Shown here: piece after piece, positions 1-8,761 of the stretch
Layout of the letters: the number at the start of each line of letters is the position of its first letter
Position numbering within the stretch: the first letter of the stretch is position 1
Source: an uncultured bacterium
GTDB lineage: Bacteria > Edwardsbacteria > AC1 > EtOH8
Assembly: GCA_963780225.1 (NCBI GenBank)
Contig: CAWAAX010000009.1
Span: 32,001 to 96,000 of the forward strand
Length of the DNA stretch: 64,000 nt
Direction: 5' to 3'
Translations under genes and position numbers: made by a program
Notes under the pieces: generated by a model
What the model saw: only the letters and a program-made list of their open reading frames with translations
What the model was told of the DNA's origin: nothing
The model's database searches: none

Positions 1-74
1 TGGCCATAATATTCGTCAAACAGTTTCTGATAACCAGCCTGATAGAGTTCGGTTTCAGGCTGAAGCAGATATAG
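1..74 (+). CDS. 3' end of probable YggT family membrane protein (partial)
   Basis: Frame from nt 3 reads AIIFVKQFLITSLIEFGFRLKQI*; hydrophobic end, and the position upstream of divIVA fits the yggT-divIVA order. Confidence 0.55.
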   Translation, partial: AIIFVKQFLITSLIEFGFRLKQI

Positions 75-225
75 GACATCCGGGGTATTACAATCCACAG
101 ACGCTGTGCTGAGTTTGCCGAAGCATTACGCAGATTATCGCAGATGAAAAATCGGAGCATCTAAAACTTTTGGATAAAGAAAATAAAGACCTTGACTCAG
201 AAATCTAAACTTTAGGAGGTTCCTT

Positions 226-924
226 ATGAAGCTGACCCCTCTAGATATACGCAAGCAGACCTTTAAGAAAAAAAACATGGGCGGATCGGATCCGTCCGAG
301 GTCCAGGCTTTTCTGGAGATGGTGGCCGGAGAGGTGGAGGAGCTGATCCGGGAGAACACCAGCCTGGCCGAGCGGCTGGAGGGCCTGGAGACCAAGGTGG
401 ACGATTACCGCCGGATGGAGAAGACCCTTCAGGACACCTTGCTCTCGGCCCAGAAGACCTCCGAGGAATTACGCAAGAACGCGGAGCAGCGGGGGGAACT
501 GATGATCAAGGAGGCCCAGTTCAAGGCCGACCAGATCATCGGCGAGGCCCGGGCCCGGCTGATGGACCTGCAGCGCCAGATAGCCGACCTCAAGAACATG
601 CGCACCGGATACCTGGCCAAGTTCCGCAGCCTGCTGGACTCCCACCTGGAGATCCTGCAGTACCAGGAGATGGATTCCGGGGTCCGGATCCAGACCAACA
701 TCTTTGCCGGAAGCAAGAAGGAGGAGGCGCCCCCGGAGGCCAGGGCCCCCGAGATCCCCAGCCAGCCGGGCCGGGCCATGGACGAGCAGAAGATGGCCGA
801 CATGCAGAGGATGCTTTCCACCCTGATGGAGACCGCCAAGCTGACGATCCCCGAAGTTCCGCAGGCGGAAGAGCCGCCCCAGGTTCAAGCCGAAACACTT
901 AACCCCGGGGAAGAAATAAAATGA
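226..924 (+). CDS. divIVA: DivIVA domain coiled-coil protein
   Basis: N-terminus MKLTPLDIRKQTF...EVQAFLEMVA, long coiled coil, AGGAGG RBS. Confidence 0.9.
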   Translation: MKLTPLDIRKQTFKKKNMGGSDPSEVQAFLEMVAGEVEELIRENTSLAERLEGLETKVDDYRRMEKTLQDTLLSAQKTSEELRKNAEQRGELMIKEAQFKADQIIGEARARLMDLQRQIADLKNMRTGYLAKFRSLLDSHLEILQYQEMDSGVRIQTNIFAGSKKEEAPPEARAPEIPSQPGRAMDEQKMADMQRMLSTLMETAKLTIPEVPQAEEPPQVQAETLNPGEEIK

Positions 925-1745
925 GCGAGCTGAAACAGAAGATCCAGGAGACCGCTGACTTTCTGAAGTCAAAGACCAAGGTCATTCCCCAGATCGGCAT
1001 CATCCTGGGAACCGGCCTGGGCGGGCTGGTCAAGGAAATTGAGATCATAGACACCATTCCCTACGAGACCATCCCCAACTTTCCGGTCTCCACCGTGGAG
1101 AGCCACGCCGGCAAGCTGATCTTCGGCAAGCTCTCGGGCAAATTTGTGATGGCCATGCAGGGCCGCTTCCATTTCTACGAAGGCTACAGCCTGCAGCAGG
1201 TGACCTTTCCGGTGCGGGTGATGAAGGCCCTGGGGGTGAGGACCCTGATCGTCTCCAACGCCTGCGGCGGGGTCAACCCCGCCCACCGGGCCGGCGACAT
1301 CATGCTGATCTCCGACCACATCAACCTGATGGGCGGGCACCCGCTGATCGGCAAGAACGATGAGACCCTGGGCCCACGCTTCCCCGACATGTACAATCTG
1401 TATGACCAGGAACTGCTGTCCCTGGCCGAGTCGGTGGCGCTGGAGGAGAAGATCAAGGTCCAGAAGGGCGTTTACCTTGGCCTGACCGGACCCACCCTGG
1501 AGACCGGGGCCGAGTACCGGATGATCCGGATCCTGGGCGCCGATGTGGTGGGGATGTCCACCGTGCCGGAGGTGATAGTGGCCCGGCACTCGGGGCTCAA
1601 AGTGCTGGGGTTCTCCATCATCACCGACATGGGCTTTCCCGAGGCCATGAAACCGGTCAGCATAGAGGAAGTGATTCATGTGGCCGGGACCGCCGAGGTC
1701 AAGTTCGTCAGATTGGTGAAACAGGTGATCGCCAAAATGCAATAA
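921..1745 (+). CDS. punA: Purine-nucleoside phosphorylase (trimeric type)
   Basis: IILGTGLG, QGRFHFYEGY, NACGG, GPTLET, VGMSTVPE motifs. Confidence 0.93.
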   Translation: MSELKQKIQETADFLKSKTKVIPQIGIILGTGLGGLVKEIEIIDTIPYETIPNFPVSTVESHAGKLIFGKLSGKFVMAMQGRFHFYEGYSLQQVTFPVRVMKALGVRTLIVSNACGGVNPAHRAGDIMLISDHINLMGGHPLIGKNDETLGPRFPDMYNLYDQELLSLAESVALEEKIKVQKGVYLGLTGPTLETGAEYRMIRILGADVVGMSTVPEVIVARHSGLKVLGFSIITDMGFPEAMKPVSIEEVIHVAGTAEVKFVRLVKQVIAKMQ

Positions 1746-1750
1746 ACAAG

Positions 1751-1819
1751 GGTTTGAAAACGTTTGAAATGGTTTGAACCGTTTCAAACTGTTTTAGACT
1801 TTTTAAACCATTTCAAACT
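1751..1819. repeat. Intergenic imperfect palindrome of ~10-nt units (gtttgaa x3 facing tttcaaac-type units)
   Basis: ggtttgaaaa cgtttgaaat ggtttgaacc followed by gtttcaaact gttttagact ttttaaacca tttcaaac. Confidence 0.8.
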
Positions 1820-1832
1820 GAGGGAATGTATC

Positions 1833-2747
1833 ATGTCAATCACCGTGGTCGGCTCCATAGCCCTGGATTCAGTAAAAACCCCGTTCGGCGAGGCCAAGGA
1901 AGCCCTGGGCGGCAGCGCCCTGTATTTCTCCTCGGCCGCCAGTTTCTTTACTCCGGTCAGCCTGGTGGGCGTCATCGGCGAGGACTTTCCCAAAGGAGAC
2001 ATTGAATTCCTGGCCAAGCGGGGAGTGGACCTTTCCGGGCTGGAAACCGCCAAGGGCCAGACCTTCCGCTGGGCCGGCTCCTACGAATACGACATGAACG
2101 AGGCTAAGACCCACGCCACCCACCTCAACGTGTTCGAAACCTTCCACCCCAAGCTGTCCGAAGCCCACCAGCAGGCCGAGTTCCTGTTCCTGGGCAACAT
2201 CCACCCGGCCCTGCAGCGCGAGGTGATCGGCAAGGTCAAGAAGCCGCTGGCCATCGGCTGCGACACCATGAACTTCTGGATCCAGGGCAGCCGGGAAGAA
2301 TTGCTTAAGACCATCAAGCTGGTGGACATCATGTTCATCAACGATGCCGAGGCCCGGATGCTGGCCGGGGTGCCCAACCTGATCAAGGCCGCCCGGGCCA
2401 TCAGGGAGATGGGCCCCAAAATACTGGTGATCAAGAAGGGCGAGCACGGAGCCATGCTGTTCTCCGGCCAAACCGTGTTTTCCGTCCCGGCCTTTCCGGT
2501 GGAAGATGTTTTTGATCCCACCGGGGCCGGCGACAGTTTTGCCGGCGGCTTCATGGGATATCTGGCCTCCAAGGGCCAGCTCAGCGACCAGGTGCTGCGC
2601 CGGGCCATGATCTACGGCAGCGTGATGGCCTCGTTCAACGTGGAGAAATTCTCAATGGAACGCCTGAAAACTTTGACCAGGGACGAGATCGAACAGAGGT
2701 TCAAGGAATTTAAGAAGCTATCCCATTACGAGGAATTAGAGGCTTAA
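1833..2747 (+). CDS. PfkB family carbohydrate/nucleoside kinase
   Basis: MSITVVGSIALD start, LGGSA, DPTGAGDSFAGG signature; the ORF-track start at 1764 runs through a repeat. Confidence 0.9.
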   Translation: MSITVVGSIALDSVKTPFGEAKEALGGSALYFSSAASFFTPVSLVGVIGEDFPKGDIEFLAKRGVDLSGLETAKGQTFRWAGSYEYDMNEAKTHATHLNVFETFHPKLSEAHQQAEFLFLGNIHPALQREVIGKVKKPLAIGCDTMNFWIQGSREELLKTIKLVDIMFINDAEARMLAGVPNLIKAARAIREMGPKILVIKKGEHGAMLFSGQTVFSVPAFPVEDVFDPTGAGDSFAGGFMGYLASKGQLSDQVLRRAMIYGSVMASFNVEKFSMERLKTLTRDEIEQRFKEFKKLSHYEELEA

Positions 2748-2852
2748 TCGTACGCTGAGGGATAGGGTTTTACTGTCAGATATTTCCCGTTTCATTGTGA
2801 GATATCATCAGCGCCGGGCTATCAAAGCAATCCATCATTACTTTAAGAATCG

Positions 2853-3443
2853 GTGATGTTGAAAAAGCATCTGGTTGATTTTTTTGCGGAAGCGGGTGAG
2901 TGGGCCCGGCAACGCTGGTGGCCTTTACGTTTGCTACTCTGCCTGTATTTTGTTTATGCCTTTATCAATCATCTTCGGGATCCTTTTTATCAAAGCTGGT
3001 TCAAGCCCATCAACCTGGGTATCCATGAGCTGGGGCATATCCTGTTTTCATTGTTCGGGCAATTTTTGGCAGTAGCCGGCGGGTCCATCTTTCAACTTCT
3101 TGTGCCGGTTATATCTGTTTTCATCTTTTACCGGCAACGGGATTTCTTCGCTATTTCGGTTTCCGCTATGTGGCTTTCCACAAACTTGTTCGATGTTTCG
3201 ACCTATATTGCCGATGCCAGAGAAATGGAGTTGCCATTGGTTTCCCCTTTTGGGGGGGATGATATCATCCATGATTGGAATTATCTTTTGGAAAAACTAG
3301 GCCTTCTGACCCGGGATCGTTTTCTGGCCGGAACGGTAAAAGTTTGGGCAATTGTTTCTATGTTTGCCGGTTTGGCTTTTGCCGGCTGGCTGCTGATGGA
3401 AATGATCAAGGTCAATTTTCGAAAGAAAAATAATTATACTTAA
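2853..3443 (+). CDS. Integral membrane protein with HExxH motif (possible M50-like metallopeptidase)
   Basis: IHELGH inside a TM segment, YIADA and HDWNYLL motifs, several TM helices. Confidence 0.6.
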   Translation: MMLKKHLVDFFAEAGEWARQRWWPLRLLLCLYFVYAFINHLRDPFYQSWFKPINLGIHELGHILFSLFGQFLAVAGGSIFQLLVPVISVFIFYRQRDFFAISVSAMWLSTNLFDVSTYIADAREMELPLVSPFGGDDIIHDWNYLLEKLGLLTRDRFLAGTVKVWAIVSMFAGLAFAGWLLMEMIKVNFRKKNNYT

Positions 3444-3453
3444 AAGAGAAGCG

Positions 3454-4350
3454 ATGATGAAAAAAATGTTGTTCTCTGTGACCGTGCTGGTCCTGATGTC
3501 ATCGTTTACTCTATGTCAGACCGACCGCAAAACCGCAGTGGCGGTGATGAACCTCAAGGGTTCCGGCATCTCGGAGCAGGACACCAGGTTCCTGACCGAC
3601 CGCCTGACCATAGAACTGCAGCGGGCCGGGGTCTTTGACGTGCTGGAGCGGGACAAGATGGCGGAGATCCTCAAAGAGCAGGGTTTTCAGCAGACCGGAG
3701 CCTGCGACGAAACCTCCTGTCTGGTGGAAGCTGGAAGATTACTGCCGGTGCAGAAGATGATCGGCGGTAGTTTCGGCAGGATCGGCGATGTCTATGCCGC
3801 TCAATTACGGCTGATCGATCTGAAGACCGGCAAGGTGGAGATGACCTCGGCCCGGGATTACAAGGGCCAGATGGAATTCCTGCTGACCGTGGGCATGAGG
3901 GAGGTGGCCGAGGAACTTTCCGGCAAACGCGAGGTACAGGCCCAGACCCCGGTCCAAAACCAGGTCACGCCCCAGACCGAGGCCATGATGAAAAATCTAA
4001 TCCAGGCCCAAGTGGACCAGCAATCCAAATCCGGCGTTTCCGCTTTCATTTGGTCTCTGTTCATTCCCGGAGGCGGACATTTCTATGCCAAGCGCTACTG
4101 GACCGGGGGAGGTTTCGCTGCCGTAAGGCTGTTGACCTTCGGGAATTGGCTGGGATACAGGATCAAGGACAGCACTTCACAATATAAGGCATGGGGAACG
4201 GCATTCGCCGTTTCGTATGCCTTGGATATGATATTGGCCCCCAGCAGCGTAAGACGGTACAATAAAAACCTCCGTAAGAAATACGGACTAACTTACGAAT
4301 ATCTGCCGCAAACCAAAGAGATCAAAACAGCATTAAGCGTGCAATTTTAA
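3454..4350 (+). CDS. Exported CsgG/HfaB-like domain protein with C-terminal membrane segment
   Basis: Signal peptide; VAVMNL...FDVLERDKMAEILKEQGFQQTGAC; C-terminal WSLFIPGGGHFY. Confidence 0.65.
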   Translation: MMKKMLFSVTVLVLMSSFTLCQTDRKTAVAVMNLKGSGISEQDTRFLTDRLTIELQRAGVFDVLERDKMAEILKEQGFQQTGACDETSCLVEAGRLLPVQKMIGGSFGRIGDVYAAQLRLIDLKTGKVEMTSARDYKGQMEFLLTVGMREVAEELSGKREVQAQTPVQNQVTPQTEAMMKNLIQAQVDQQSKSGVSAFIWSLFIPGGGHFYAKRYWTGGGFAAVRLLTFGNWLGYRIKDSTSQYKAWGTAFAVSYALDMILAPSSVRRYNKNLRKKYGLTYEYLPQTKEIKTALSVQF

Positions 4351-4359
4351 GAAAGACTT

Positions 4360-7300
4360 ATGTACCAGGACGTTCCCCAAAATCTTGACTTTCCCGAACT
4401 GGAAAAAAGAATACTGAAATTCTGGGAAGACAACAAGACCTTCGAAAAACTGGCGGCCCGCAATAAAGGCATCGCAAAGACGCTTCCGTTTCGTGGACGG
4501 GCCGATCACTGCCAACAATCCCATGGGGGTGCACCACGCCTGGGGCCGTACCTACAAGGACCTCTATCACCGCTACAAGGCCATGCAGGGCTATGACGCC
4601 CGCTACCAGAACGGCTTTGACTGCCAAGGCCTGTGGGTGGAGGTGGAGGTGGAAAAAGAGCTGGGCTTCAAGTCCAAGAAGGACATCGAGGCCTACGGCA
4701 TCGGCAACTTCGTCAACAAGTGCAAGGAGCGGGTGGACAAGTTCTCCCGGATCCAGACCGAGCAGTCCATCCGGCTGGGCCACTGGATGGACTGGGACAA
4801 TTCCTATTTCACCATGGCTCCGGACAACAACTACGCCATCTGGCATTTCCTAAAAAAATGCCACGATCAGGGCTGGATCTACAAGGGCCGCGACGTGATG
4901 CCCTGGTGCACCCGCTGCGGCATAGCCCTCTCGGACATGGAGATCGCCACCGAGGGCTACAAGGAGATGACCCACAAGAGCGTCTACATCCAGCTGCCCA
5001 TCCTGGGCCGGGACAGGGAATATCTGCTGGTCTGGACCACCACCCCCTGGACCCTGACCTCCAACACCGCGGTGGCGGTACACCCCGATTTCACCTATCT
5101 CAAGGTCAAACAAGGCGGGCAGATATTTTACCTGGCCAAAGGCCGCAAGGAGATCCTGAAAAAGGATTACGAGATCATCTCGGAACTTCCCGGCCGGGAA
5201 CTGGTGGGTCTTAAGTATGAAGGGCCTTTCGATCACCTGCCGGCCCAGCAGGGCATAGAGCACCGCACCGTGGCCTGGAAGGAAGTGACCGAGGAGGACG
5301 GCACCGGGATGGTGCACATCGCCCCGGGCTGCGGCAAGGAGGACTTTGCCCTGTCCAAGGTTGAGAACCTGAAGGTCGTGGCTCCCCTGGATGAGGCCGG
5401 GGTCTACCTGGACGGTTTCGACTGGCTGACAGGCAAGAACGTCAGCGAGGTGGGCGAGGCCATCGCCGAGGACCTGAAGAAACGGGGGGTGCTGTACTAC
5501 GCCCAAAAGATCACCCACCGCTATCCCGAATGCTGGCGCTGCCACTCGGAGCTGGTGTTCCGCCTGGTGGACGAATGGTTCATCAGCATGGGGCCGGTCT
5601 ACGACAAGCCCTATGCCCAGGTGACGGCAGAGGAGAAAAACAAAAGCCTGCGCTACCGGATAATGGATTCGGTCAAACAGGCCCGCTGGATCCCGGACTA
5701 CGGCCTGGACCGGGAGCTGGACTGGCTGAAGAACATGGGAGACTGGTGCATCTCCAAAAAGCGCTACTGGGGGCTGGCCCTGCCCATCTTCCAGTGCTCC
5801 TGCGGCAACTTTGAAGTGGCCGGCGGCTACGAGGATCTTAAGGCCCGGGCCGTCTCGGGCTGGGATAAATTCGACGGCCACACCCCGCACCGGCCCTGGG
5901 TGGACGAGATCAGGGTCAAGTGCTCCAAGTGCGGCCAAGACGCCGCCCGCATCCACGACGTGGGAAATCCCTGGCTGGACGCCGGGATCGTGATGTTCTC
6001 CACGGTGATGCCGCCGGAGAAGTGCTACACCCCCGCCAAGGAAAAATCAGGAAAGTACCGCTACGATCCCTCCCAGGTCTACCCGGCCAACCGGGAGTAC
6101 TGGCAGCAGTGGTTCCCGGCCGAGTTCATCACCGAGAGCCTGCAGGGCCAGTTCCGCAACTGGTTCTATGCCATCCTGACCATGAGCACCGTGCTGGAGG
6201 GAAGGGCGCCCTTTGAATGCCTGCTGGGCCACGCCCAGGTCAAGGACGAGAAGGGCGACGACATGCACAAGTCGGCCGGTAACTCCATCCCCTTTGACGA
6301 GGCGGCCGGCAAGATCGGGGCCGACCTGATGCGCTGGGTGTTCTGCTGCCAGAACCCGGTGATAAATCTGAATTTCGGCTACCACATGGCCACCGAGTTC
6401 AAACGCAAACTGCTGACCCTGCACAACGTCTATTCCTTCTACATCACCTATGCCAAGCTGGACGGGTTCGTTCCCCAGGGTAAAAGCCTGGACAAATGCC
6501 AGCTGACCCTGCTGGACAACTGGATCCTTTCCGAGCTGAACCTGCTGGTCAAGAACACCCGCCAGAATCTGGATAACTACGATGCGGCCTCGGCCTGCAA
6601 GAAGCTGGAAGCATTCACCGAGGATCTCTCCACCTGGTATGTCCGGCGGTCCCGGCGGCGGTTCTGGAAATCGGAATCCGACTCCGACAAGGAGGCCGCC
6701 TACCTGACGCTGTACACCTGCCTGGAGACCCTGATAAGACTGATGTCGCCCATCATGCCGTTCTGGGCCGAGGAGATGTACCAGAACCTGGTGCGCTCGA
6801 TCGACGCCACGGCGCCCCAGAGCGTCCACCTGACCGCCTACCCCGAAGCCGACGAAAAGAGGACGGACCAAAAGCTTTCCCAGGAGATGGCGGTGGTCCG
6901 CAAGGTGGTCTCACTGGGCCACGCCGCCCGCAAGGAGGCCAAGCTCAAGGTCCGCCAGCCGCTGGCCAGGCTTTTGTTCAAGAGCGACCAGGCCTCCGGG
7001 TGGGAAGCGGTGCTAAGGCACCAGGAGATCATCCGGGACGAGGTCAACGTCAAGGCGGTGGAGCAGGCGGCGGACGCCGACAGCTTGGTGGACTACCGGG
7101 CCAAGGGGCTGGTCTCCAAACTGGGACCCAAGTTCGGCCCCAACGCCAAAGCCATAGCCGAGGAGATATTGAAACTTGACGGACGGCAGGTGAAAACATT
7201 TAAAGCCCAGGGAAAATGTTCCATTCAAATTCCGGCCGGACAATTTGAGGTCGAAACCGGGGACGCGGAGATCACCGCCGTCTCCAAGCCCGGGCTGATG

Positions 7301-7624
7301 GTCAAGGAGGAAGGCGGGGACCTGGCGGCTTTGGACATCATTTTGACCCCGGAGCTGACCGCCGAGGGCTGCGCCCGGGAGCTGGTGCACGCCATCCAGA
7401 ACATCCGCAAGGAGTCCGGCTTTGAGGTTTCCGACCGGATCAAGGTAACTTATAGCACAGACCCGGAACTGGCGGCGGCCATCGAAAACGAAAAATTCAA
7501 GACCTATATCATGAACGAGACCCTGGCCCTGGAACTAAAAACGGGAGCGCCGGAAACAGCCGGGCAGCAGATGCAGATCAACGGCCATCCCATCAACCTA
7601 GTCATAGAACAGGTAAAATCCTAA
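4360..7624 (+). CDS. ileS: Isoleucine--tRNA ligase, type 2 (one extra base near 4471 splits the ORF)
   Basis: 4360 frame gives MYQDVPQNLDFPELEKRILKFW; the +1 frame gives RFRFVDGPITAN, WTTTPWTL, GTGMVHIAP, DWCISKKRYWG; span is 3n+1 nt. Confidence 0.93.
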
Positions 7625-7641
7625 GGAGGTATCAACCCGGC

Positions 7642-8037
7642 ATGAACAAAAAAGACCTGCAAAAGTACGAAGCCATCCTGCTGGACGAAAGGAAGCGTTT
7701 CATCACCGAACTGGCCCAGATCAAAAGCGAGGGGCTGATGGCCAGCCAGAAGGAATCATCCGGGGACCTGTCCTCGGCCTCCTATCATCCGGCCGACCAG
7801 GGTTCCGACACCATGGAAAAGGAAAAGAGCGTCTTCCTGGCCTCCAGCAAGGGTAACGAGCTGTACGAAATTGACCAAGCCCTGATGCGCGCCAAGGACG
7901 GCAAGTTCGGGATCTGCGACAGCTGCGGCAAAGAGGTGGACCTGGCCAGGCTGGAAGCCATGCCTTACGCCCGGTACTGCATCAAATGCAGCCGCCAGGC
8001 CGAACAGCTGGTCAAGAACGGCAACAAGGAACAGTAA
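7642..8037 (+). CDS. TraR/DksA C4 zinc-finger protein
   Basis: HPADQGSDT coiled-coil tip; CDSC...RLEAMPYARYCIKC. Confidence 0.88.
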   Translation: MNKKDLQKYEAILLDERKRFITELAQIKSEGLMASQKESSGDLSSASYHPADQGSDTMEKEKSVFLASSKGNELYEIDQALMRAKDGKFGICDSCGKEVDLARLEAMPYARYCIKCSRQAEQLVKNGNKEQ

Positions 8038-8046
8038 GGGGTTTTT

Positions 8047-8607
8047 GTGACAGAACTACGACTGCGTAACCGCATCGTCATAATTGCGGTGACCCTGGGG
8101 GTGTTTGTGCTGGACCGCTGGACCAAGCTTTTAGTGGAATCCCGTCTGGCCTTGGGAGAAAGCCATGAAGTGCTGGGCCAGACCCTGCAGTTCACCCATA
8201 TCACTAACAGCAACGGAGTGATGGGCATTTCTTTCGGTCCCTTCAGCCGTTACCTGATGCTGCCCCTTTCGCTTTTGGCCATCACCGCCATAGTATATTT
8301 TTACCTTCGCAGCCAGAGCCGGAGCCTGCTGGCGGCTTTGGCCACCGGTTCCATCCTGGGCGGGGCGGCCGGCAACATGCTGGACCGGTTCCGCACCGGG
8401 GCGGTGACGGATTTCATAGACTGCGACATGCCCGACATCATCATCCGACCTTTCCAGGCGGGGATCCTGAAATTTTCGGGCTTTTATCTGGACCGCTGGT
8501 ACACCTTTAACATTGCCGACAGCGCGGTGATGGTGGGGGTGGCCCTGATGATAGTTATTACCATAAAAGAAGAGTACCGGGCCAATGCCGGCACTACGGA
8601 GAAATAA
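8047..8607 (+). CDS. lspA: Lipoprotein signal peptidase II
   Basis: LDRWTK, GAAGNMLDR, VTDFID, FNIADS; ileS-dksA-lspA order. Confidence 0.92.
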   Translation: MTELRLRNRIVIIAVTLGVFVLDRWTKLLVESRLALGESHEVLGQTLQFTHITNSNGVMGISFGPFSRYLMLPLSLLAITAIVYFYLRSQSRSLLAALATGSILGGAAGNMLDRFRTGAVTDFIDCDMPDIIIRPFQAGILKFSGFYLDRWYTFNIADSAVMVGVALMIVITIKEEYRANAGTTEK

Positions 8608-8761
8608 CTTAACCATTGGATTATTCCTTCACCAATAATTCCCCTGATTAGCCACAGAAAGCACAAAAACACATAAGCGTTATAACGTTACTGCGGAATA
8701 ACGTCAAACGTTTTTTGTTTTTTGGCCGAATAGTTTTAAACAGGAAAACATTCTTCCAACA

